Below, piece after piece: positions 57,198-64,000 of a stretch of 64,000 nucleotides of DNA. Within the stretch, counting starts at the first letter, position 1; every line of letters begins with the position of its first letter. The position numbers were made by a program, and so were the translations under genes. The stretch lies in assembly GCA_964291235.2 (NCBI GenBank), contig OZ219816.1, positions 1,728,001-1,792,000 of the forward strand, read 5' to 3'. The notes beneath the pieces were generated by a model. It was not told the DNA's origin. It did no database searches and worked only from the letters and a program-made list of their open reading frames with translations. Source of the DNA: Vicinamibacteria bacterium (GTDB lineage Bacteria; Acidobacteriota; Vicinamibacteria; Marinacidobacterales; Marinacidobacteraceae).

Positions 57198-58061
57198 ATG
57201 GCGCATCAAGGCCGCGCGGCCGGCCCGCTGCTTTGGCCTCTCCTCCTGTTGCTCGCCGCCTGCGGGGGATCCGGGGGGAGCCCGGCGTCAGCCGCCGAAC
57301 CGGTTCCGGCGCCCGAACCGGCGCCTCCACGCGAACCCCCTCCCCCGCCGGAACCCACTCCCCCCGAAGTGTTCGGGTACCGGGTGGTCGAGGAGTTCCC
57401 GCACGACCCGCGGGCGTTCACCCAGGGCCTTTTCTTCCACGACGGATTCCTCTACGAGAGCACGGGTCTCCGGGGCGAATCCACGCTCCGGCGCGTGGAT
57501 CTCGAATCCGGCGAGGTGCTGGAAGAGCGGGAACTGCTGCCCCAGTTCTTCGCCGAGGGGGCGGCGCTCGCGGGCGACTTCATCTTCCAACTGACGTGGG
57601 AGTCCGGCATCGGATTCGTGTACACGCGGGAGTTCCGCCTGGTTCGCGAGTTCCGCTACTCAGGGGAGGGTTGGGGACTCACCTTCGACGGCGAGCATCT
57701 GGTGATGAGCGACGGGAGCGACGAGCTGCGCTTTCTGGACCCGAGCACCCTGCGCCAGGTGCGGACCCTCAAGGTGACTGCCGAGGGCGAGCCACTCCCG
57801 CAACTGAACGAGCTTGAATGGATCGAGGGGGAGATCTGGGCCAACATCTGGACCGAGGACCGGATCGCCCGAATCCGTCCGGACACCGGCGAGGTGACCG
57901 CCTTCGTGGACCTGACGGACATCCTTCCGGCCTTCTGGCGGCTGCGATATCCGGAAATGGACGTGCTGAACGGCATCGCCTGGGACCCCGAGACCGACCG
58001 GATCTTCGTCACCGGCAAGAAGTGGCCGAAGCTCTTCGAGATCGAGCTGGTGGAGCGGTGA
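57198..58061 (+). CDS. Glutaminyl-peptide cyclotransferase lipoprotein
   Basis: LAAC lipobox; AFTQGL, YESTG, EGWGLT, LNELE, VLNGIA, TGKKWP; start may be 57186. Confidence 0.92.
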   Translation: MAHQGRAAGPLLWPLLLLLAACGGSGGSPASAAEPVPAPEPAPPREPPPPPEPTPPEVFGYRVVEEFPHDPRAFTQGLFFHDGFLYESTGLRGESTLRRVDLESGEVLEERELLPQFFAEGAALAGDFIFQLTWESGIGFVYTREFRLVREFRYSGEGWGLTFDGEHLVMSDGSDELRFLDPSTLRQVRTLKVTAEGEPLPQLNELEWIEGEIWANIWTEDRIARIRPDTGEVTAFVDLTDILPAFWRLRYPEMDVLNGIAWDPETDRIFVTGKKWPKLFEIELVER

Positions 58062-58303
58062 TCCCCCGAATGGGTCTTCGAAAGCGGCACCGGATCGGCT
58101 TCTGGATCGGCTTCGCAGTCCTTTTGCTGAGCATCTGGCCGCTCTACCCCTGGATCGCGGGTATCCGGCCCCTCGTCTTCGGGATGCCGTTTTCCATGTT
58201 CTGGCTGGTGCTGATGATCGCGACGGTTTTCTTCACCTTCCTCGCGATCTTCACCAAGGACCGCGAGGACGACGAATCGCTGGACCGGGAGTACCAGGAA
58301 TAG
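58058..58303 (+). CDS. Small membrane partner of SSS transporter (DUF3311-like)
   Basis: Two TMs, PLVFGMPF, directly upstream of a symporter. Confidence 0.75.
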   Translation: MIPRMGLRKRHRIGFWIGFAVLLLSIWPLYPWIAGIRPLVFGMPFSMFWLVLMIATVFFTFLAIFTKDREDDESLDREYQE

Positions 58304-58312
58304 GCCGCAACC

Positions 58313-59791
58313 ATGGACGCCTGGGTCATCGTCTTCCTGACGACCATCGCCTACCTGCTCATCACCCTGGCGATCGGCGTGTTCTCCGGCCGGAACATGT
58401 CCAACACCCCCGAGGGGTATGTGGCCGGCGACCGCAGCCTCGGGTTCCTCGTCCTCTACTTCATCATGGGGGCGTCCATCTACAGCGCCTTTGCGTTCCT
58501 GGGGGCGCCGGGCTGGGCCTACTCCCGCGGAGCGGCCGCGTTCTACATCGTTTCCTACGGGACGGTGGGGCTGCTGCCCTGGTACTTCCTCGGGCCGCGC
58601 ATCGCGATGCTCGGCCGCCGGTTCGGGTTCGTCACCCAGGCGGAGTTCTTCGCGCACCGGTTCGAGAGTCCCAAGGCGATCCCGGCCATCATGGCGATCA
58701 TGAGCGCCGCGGCGCTCATCCCCTATCTGGTCATCCAGATGAAGGGAGCGGGTTACGTCTTCTCGGTGGTCACCGAGGGACGGATGCCGGAGTGGGCGGG
58801 CGCCGCGCTCGCCTACGGGGTGGTGCTCATCTACGTGGCCCGGAGCGGGGTCATGGGGGTGGGCTGGACCAACACCTTCCAGGGAATCCTGATGCTCGGC
58901 CTGGCGTGGGGACTCGGCATCTACCTCCCGTGGAAGCTTCACGGCGGTATCGGACCCATGTTCGAGGAGTTGGCCGCCACCGCGCCCGAACTGCTGGTCG
59001 CACCGGGACTCGACGCGGCCGGCGAACCATGGAGTTTCGGGGCCTACTCGAGCGCCGTACTCATCTCGGTGCTCGGTTTTTCGGTGTGGCCGCACTACTT
59101 CATGAAGATCTACGCGGCCAAGAGCGTCCGCACCCTGAAGCGGATGGTGGTCTTCTACCCGACCTTCCAGATCTTCCTGATTCCGGTGCTCTTCATCGGC
59201 TTCGCCGGCGTGATGACCTATCCCGGCGTGGCGCCGGCCGACACCATCCTGCCCACGATCCTCATGGACCTGGATCTCTCCGCCCTTACGGTGGGCCTCT
59301 TCTGCGCCGGGGCGCTCGCGGCCTCCATGAGTTCGGGAGACGCGATCCTGCACGCCGGGGCTTCGGTGCTGGTCAAGGATCTGGAAATGCCGCTCCGCGG
59401 CGTCCGCCGGGCGCCCGCCGCCGAGACCCGGCTCATCCGCTGGACCGCCCTCGGTATGGGCTCGTTCGCCTACTACCTCGCGGTGGGATCGGAGGCGTCG
59501 CTCGTCAGCCTCCTCCTCATGTCCTACGGGGCGATCGCCCAGTTCTTCCCGCTGATGATCGCCGCCATGTTCTGGCGGCGGGCCAGCCGCGAGGGCGCCA
59601 TCTACGGCCTGCTCGCGGGATGTGCGGTGACCCTGGCGCTGAACGTGTGGCCCGAGTTCCAGTTCCTGGGGATCCACCCCGGGATCTACGGCGCGGTGGC
59701 GAACGTGGCGGTGATGGTCGTGGTTTCGCTCCGGACCGCGCCGCCGCCCGCGGAGCGCATCGAGCCGTACCTGATGCGAGCCGCGGACTGA
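58313..59791 (+). CDS. Sodium:solute symporter
   Basis: YSAFAFLG, AASMSS, many TM segments. Confidence 0.92.
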   Translation: MDAWVIVFLTTIAYLLITLAIGVFSGRNMSNTPEGYVAGDRSLGFLVLYFIMGASIYSAFAFLGAPGWAYSRGAAAFYIVSYGTVGLLPWYFLGPRIAMLGRRFGFVTQAEFFAHRFESPKAIPAIMAIMSAAALIPYLVIQMKGAGYVFSVVTEGRMPEWAGAALAYGVVLIYVARSGVMGVGWTNTFQGILMLGLAWGLGIYLPWKLHGGIGPMFEELAATAPELLVAPGLDAAGEPWSFGAYSSAVLISVLGFSVWPHYFMKIYAAKSVRTLKRMVVFYPTFQIFLIPVLFIGFAGVMTYPGVAPADTILPTILMDLDLSALTVGLFCAGALAASMSSGDAILHAGASVLVKDLEMPLRGVRRAPAAETRLIRWTALGMGSFAYYLAVGSEASLVSLLLMSYGAIAQFFPLMIAAMFWRRASREGAIYGLLAGCAVTLALNVWPEFQFLGIHPGIYGAVANVAVMVVVSLRTAPPPAERIEPYLMRAAD

Positions 59792-59824
59792 GCCGGCCGG
59801 CGGTCGGATAGCGGACGGCGCCGG

Positions 59825-60439
59825 GTGGTGAAACCCTGGCGCCGGGATCTCCGCCGCCTCCTCGCGATCTTCCACAGTCCGAAGCGGACCTTCGCCGAAA
59901 TCGGCGAAACACCGAGCGTCGCGGTGGCCGTCCTCCCGATGCTCCTCATCTTTTCGGTTGCTTCGGCCGCCGATGTCATCGCTACCGGGAGTTCGGACCC
60001 CGGGAGCGGGGAAACGTGGGCCCTCCTGCTGCTGCCGCTGGTGGCGGTCGGATGGCCGTTTGTGGCGTCCGCGCTCTATCTATTCGTGTTCGATCTCTTC
60101 GGCGCCGAAGTCCGATACCGGGTGATCCTCTCGGTGACCCTGCACGCGATGTGGGCGTTTCTGGCGCTCGGCACGCTCGTGGAACTGGCGGGCTGGCTCG
60201 TCGCGGGCGGGGCCTCGTTCGGAGTCAGGGAGTTTCTGATTTCCTCCGCCGGAGTGGAAGAGCGCCTCGCCCAGGATCTGGCCCGGGTGCTCAACCCGCT
60301 GGAGATCGGGAGGCTGGTGTTGACCGCGCTGGGCTTCGCCATCGCCCAGCGGATCGCGCGCTGGATGTCCTTCGCCGTCGTCTTCGCGGGTTGGTTGGGC
60401 TTCCACGCGCTGCCCCTGCTCCAATTCCTGCTCTTTTGA
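59825..60439 (+). CDS. YIP1-family membrane protein
   Basis: IFHSPKRTF motif plus about five TMs. Confidence 0.7.
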   Translation: MVKPWRRDLRRLLAIFHSPKRTFAEIGETPSVAVAVLPMLLIFSVASAADVIATGSSDPGSGETWALLLLPLVAVGWPFVASALYLFVFDLFGAEVRYRVILSVTLHAMWAFLALGTLVELAGWLVAGGASFGVREFLISSAGVEERLAQDLARVLNPLEIGRLVLTALGFAIAQRIARWMSFAVVFAGWLGFHALPLLQFLLF

Positions 60440-60498
60440 GCGCCCCGTGGGACCGCCGGCCCTTTCGGCATCCCCGTATTGAGACAATCGCCAGGCCA

Positions 60499-62649
60499 AT
60501 GCACTCGCCAGCTCGCGGCTTGCTCCGCAGGACACTCCTTCCCCTGTTGCTCGCGGCCTTCGTCTTCCGGGCGGAGACGGTGCCCGGCCAAGCCGTCACC
60601 ACCTCCGACCTCGAGACCGCCGCCGGGAACACCTCCGAGTGGCTCATGTACGGCCGCGATTACCACGCCCACCGCTACGTGGAGCTGGACCAGATCACGC
60701 CCGACAACGTGGACCGGCTCGATCCGGTTTGGGTCTTCGCCACCGGCGGCGCGAACCGGGGCCTCGAGGCCACCCCGCTGCTCCACGACGGGGTGATCTA
60801 CCTGTCGGCCGACGAATCCCGCGTTTTCGCGGTCGACGCGCGCACCGGGGGAAAGCTGTGGAGCTACGACCCGGAGATCGGGGTGGAGGTGGAGCGCGTC
60901 TTCTGCTGCGGTTCCATCAACCGCGGGGTGGCGCTCTTCGGCGACCTGGTTTATGTCGGCACCATGGACGCCCGCCTGGTGGCGCTCGACAAAAACACCG
61001 GCGAGGTGTCCTGGGAGGTCGAAGTCGCGGACTGGGAGCACGGCTACAGCATCACCGGCGCGCCGCTGGTCGTGAACGGACTGGTCCTCACCGGGATGGC
61101 CGGCGGGGAATACGGGGTCCGGGGCTTCGTGAAGGCCTACGACGCCGCGACCGGGGAACACCGCTGGACGACCTACACGATCCCCGGCCCCGGCGAGCCG
61201 GGGAACGAGACCTGGCCGGGGGACACCTGGAAGAACGGCGGCGGCCCCACCTGGACCACCGGAGTCTTCGACCCGGAACTGAACCTCGTTTACTGGAACA
61301 CCGGGAATGCCGCGCCCTGGAATTGCCACGTCCGGAAGGGCGACAACCAGTGGACCGCCGCCACCATCGCCATCGACCCGGGCGACGGCAGTATCCGCTG
61401 GGGCTTTCAGTACACGCCCTGGGACTGCTGGGACTACGACGCGGTCAGCACCCCCGTCCTCGCCGACGTGACGCTCCCCGGTCACGGCCCCGTGAAGGCG
61501 CTCTTCCACCACGACAAGAACGGCTTCTTCTACGCGCTCGACCGCACGGACGGCCGTTTCCTCTACGGCGAGGCCATCGTCCCGGGCATCAATTGGGCCT
61601 TCGGCCTCGACCCCGAAACAGGACGACCGGACGTCAACCCGGACATGGTGGCCGAGTCCGGCGGCCCCGAAGTGGGGCCCATCATCCCGAGCCTCGAGGG
61701 CGCCATCGACTGGCAGCCGCTGGCCTACAACCCCGAGCGCCAGGCGCTCTACTTCATGTCGAACCAGTGGGCGATGGGCTACCGGTTCTGGGCAGAGGAC
61801 GAATTCGAACCGCCGACCCTGGGTGAGTGGTACCTGGGGGCCGACTACCAGCAGTACCTGACGAGCGACAACCCCGGCAACTTCGTCGGTTTCGACGTGG
61901 TCAACGGGGAGGTGCTGTGGCGGGTGGTGAGTCCCGCGCCCTTCTGGGCGGGCGCGGTGGCGACCTCCAGCGGGCTCGTGTTCACCGGCGACATGCGCGG
62001 CTATTTCATGGCGATCGACGCGGACGACGGCGAGGTCCTCTGGCAGTTCCAGACCGGCTCCGGAATCATCGGGAGCCCCATCACCTACGAGCTTGACGGC
62101 GTCCAGTACGTCGCGGTCCCCTCCGGCGGGATCGGCGGCGACATGACCTTCTACTACACCGAGCCGAAGGCCGGGAACCTCTGGGTCTTCGCCCTCGACG
62201 GCGCCCGCCCGGTGCGCGAACAGGCGGGCACGAACCTCGTCACCCTGCCGGGCGGCCTGCCGCGGGTGGGCGAACCGGGAGCGACGCTCGGGGGCCGCGT
62301 GTTGCCGGGATATGGATTCCCGGCCACGGAAGGCGCACGGCCGCTACCGGCCGCAACTCCCACGGCTCCGGTGGAGGCGCCGTCCGGCGAGGCCGCCAAC
62401 CCCCTCCTGGGAGAGGAAGGGGCGATCGAGGCCGGCCTCGGCATCTACCGGTCCAGCTGCGTGGGATGCCACCTGGCCGGGGCGGGTGCGGGGGAGAACG
62501 TGTTCCGGAGCCGGCTGACCCACCGCCGGTTCTTCGAGGTCGTGGCGGAGGGCGTCGAGGAGAACAACATGCCCCCCTTCGGGGAATTGCTATCCGCGGA
62601 GGAGATCTGGCAGGTCCACGCCTACCTGATGTCGCGAGACCGGCCCTGA
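60499..62649 (+). CDS. PQQ-dependent alcohol dehydrogenase with C-terminal cytochrome c
   Basis: Signal peptide; WLMYG, vicinal CC, YWNTGN, WDYD, CVGCH. Confidence 0.92.
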   Translation: MHSPARGLLRRTLLPLLLAAFVFRAETVPGQAVTTSDLETAAGNTSEWLMYGRDYHAHRYVELDQITPDNVDRLDPVWVFATGGANRGLEATPLLHDGVIYLSADESRVFAVDARTGGKLWSYDPEIGVEVERVFCCGSINRGVALFGDLVYVGTMDARLVALDKNTGEVSWEVEVADWEHGYSITGAPLVVNGLVLTGMAGGEYGVRGFVKAYDAATGEHRWTTYTIPGPGEPGNETWPGDTWKNGGGPTWTTGVFDPELNLVYWNTGNAAPWNCHVRKGDNQWTAATIAIDPGDGSIRWGFQYTPWDCWDYDAVSTPVLADVTLPGHGPVKALFHHDKNGFFYALDRTDGRFLYGEAIVPGINWAFGLDPETGRPDVNPDMVAESGGPEVGPIIPSLEGAIDWQPLAYNPERQALYFMSNQWAMGYRFWAEDEFEPPTLGEWYLGADYQQYLTSDNPGNFVGFDVVNGEVLWRVVSPAPFWAGAVATSSGLVFTGDMRGYFMAIDADDGEVLWQFQTGSGIIGSPITYELDGVQYVAVPSGGIGGDMTFYYTEPKAGNLWVFALDGARPVREQAGTNLVTLPGGLPRVGEPGATLGGRVLPGYGFPATEGARPLPAATPTAPVEAPSGEAANPLLGEEGAIEAGLGIYRSSCVGCHLAGAGAGENVFRSRLTHRRFFEVVAEGVEENNMPPFGELLSAEEIWQVHAYLMSRDRP

Positions 62650-62721
62650 GGCGGTTTTGTCCGCTTGCTCGGCAAGCTGGATACCCGGGACTCCGCCTGC
62701 CGTGCCGTGTATGGTCGGGGC

Positions 62722-62931
62722 ATGCCGCACACCACGGTGGAAATTGACGACGAGGCCTGCGCTACCGTCATGCGCCGCTATCGGCTGAGTTCGAAGCGGG
62801 AAGCGGTAAACCTGGCGCTGCGCCTGCTTGCCGCCGAACCTATGCGCCCCGACGAGCCCCGGCGTCTTCGCGGTGCGGACTGGGTCGGCGATCTGGACGA
62901 GATGCGCCGTCGTCGTGTGACGTGCTCCTGA
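62722..62931 (+). CDS. vapB: VapB antitoxin
   Basis: TTVEIDDEACATVMRRYRLSSKREAVNLALR...WVGDLDEMR. Confidence 0.8.
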   Translation: MPHTTVEIDDEACATVMRRYRLSSKREAVNLALRLLAAEPMRPDEPRRLRGADWVGDLDEMRRRRVTCS

Positions 62932-62990
62932 TCGACTCCTCCGCGTGGGTCGAGTGCCTGGGTGACACCGGATCGAGCGAGTGCGAGCAT
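62922..62990 (+). pseudogene. vapC: Truncated vapC (first ~20 codons)
   Basis: GTG-LLIDSSAWVECLGDTGSSEC overlapping the vapB end, then unrelated sequence. Confidence 0.7.
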
Positions 62991-63058
62991 AGAAGTCGAG
63001 ACATTGGGGCGGCTCTTCCGGCGACACGCCCGCGGTCGCTCCTGCCGTCCAATTCCGG

Positions 63059-63778
63059 ATGACGGATTCCACCGGCTTCTCAACCTTCGCCGCGCCGCAT
63101 CTGGTGGCGTTGGCGCTGACAGTGGCCCTGCCCCTCGGACTCGCCGGGCTCGCCCGGCGGCTCGGCGGCGGAGCCCCGAACGTCATCGCCCGGCTCCTCG
63201 CCGGGATGCTGCTCGCGAACGAGTTCACCTACTGGGCGATCCGGATCAGCCAGATCGGCCTCGACGGCTGGATCCGGAATCACATGCCCCTGCACGTCTG
63301 CGGAGTGGCGGTGTTGCTGACCACCTGGACTCTGCTCTACCGCAGTGAGAAGACGTTCCAAATCGTCTATTTCTGGGGCCTTGCCGGCGCCGCGAATGCC
63401 GTACTCACGCCGGGTGGCCTCGCGGTGGACTTTCCTCAGTACCGCTTCTTCCAGTACTTCATCGCCCATTCGGGCATCGTGACGGGGGTGCTCTTCGCCA
63501 CCTGGGGACTCGGGATGCGGCCGACGCTGCGGGGGATGTTCCGCGCTTTCGCCTACCTGGCCGTCTTCGCGGGGTTGGTCGCCATCGTCAATCTGTTGCT
63601 GGGCTCGAACTTCATGTGGCTTTCCGGACCGCCTCCCGGCACCGTGTCTCCGTTCTTCGCAGCTCCCTGGCCCTGGTACCTCCCGATCCTGGCGGCGGTC
63701 GGCCTCGCGATGTTCTTCGTGGTGCTGTCGCCGTTCCTGGTGACGGAGTGGTGGGGGCGAAGAGCTGGTCGAACCTGA
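63059..63778 (+). CDS. TIGR02206/YwaF-family membrane protein
   Basis: PLHVC, LTP, FIAH, GSNFMWL, PWPWY. Confidence 0.85.
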   Translation: MTDSTGFSTFAAPHLVALALTVALPLGLAGLARRLGGGAPNVIARLLAGMLLANEFTYWAIRISQIGLDGWIRNHMPLHVCGVAVLLTTWTLLYRSEKTFQIVYFWGLAGAANAVLTPGGLAVDFPQYRFFQYFIAHSGIVTGVLFATWGLGMRPTLRGMFRAFAYLAVFAGLVAIVNLLLGSNFMWLSGPPPGTVSPFFAAPWPWYLPILAAVGLAMFFVVLSPFLVTEWWGRRAGRT

Positions 63779-63792
63779 CCCGGCGCGCTTGA

Positions 63793-64000
63793 TCAGGCGG
63801 CGGCGATGCCGGTCCGGGAGGGATCTTCGCCCTGAGGAGGGGCTCCCGGAGGACATCGGCCAGCGCGTAGGCGAAGCAGTCTCCGAAGTTGAGGACGGCG
63901 TGTTTTCCCTTGCCGAAGCGTCGCCACGCCTCCCGCGCCACCTCCAGGTGCTCAACGGTCAACGGCTCCAACCGGATGCCCGTCTTCTCGGTGATGCGGC
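63793..64000 (-). pseudogene. vapC: vapC 3' part with frameshift (starts beyond the window)
   Basis: AWRRFGKG...LNFGDCFAYALA...EPLL, with the expected tail GEDPSRTGIAAA* in a shifted frame. Confidence 0.75.

Noticed and set aside
55805-58061. PepQ and glutaminyl cyclase as RiPP maturases
   Set aside because: About 19 kb from cluster 2; the cores contain no Pro and no N-terminal Gln/Glu; common housekeeping genes.

Overview
High-GC bacterial DNA; gene content (secreted BNR/VPS10 hydrolases, TonB receptor, very large M14 peptidase, proteusin clusters) suggests an Acidobacteriota-like, possibly sponge-associated host (inference). The centre of the window holds two paralogous NHLP-leader (proteusin) RiPP clusters that share a backbone (HlyD, C39-ABC, ABC, variable slot, E1-YcaO, ~375-aa putative ABBA-fold protein) but differ in precursor core and tailoring genes. 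Cluster 1 (5.2-17.9 kb) has core LCCCW, a flavin halogenase and an NHLP-leader/terpene-cyclase-like fusion, and resembles the sponge srp cluster. Cluster 2 (23.4-37.1 kb) has core LCCCGI, a methyltransferase and an AlkB-like di-iron oxygenase fused to a degenerate GlnE-like domain. Cluster 1 appears to lie on a ~12.3 kb inversion that splits a vapC gene into two halves on opposite strands. At 50-55.8 kb is a mobile hotspot: an IS110 whose ends, junction promoter, bridge-RNA guides and nearby empty target copies can be read from the sequence, an HNH nuclease, and an IS3 inserted in a 121-bp tandem repeat. The rest is ordinary envelope/metabolic genes and several decaying vapBC modules. No rRNA, tRNA or CRISPR array was seen. 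All calls are by eye; no searches were run.
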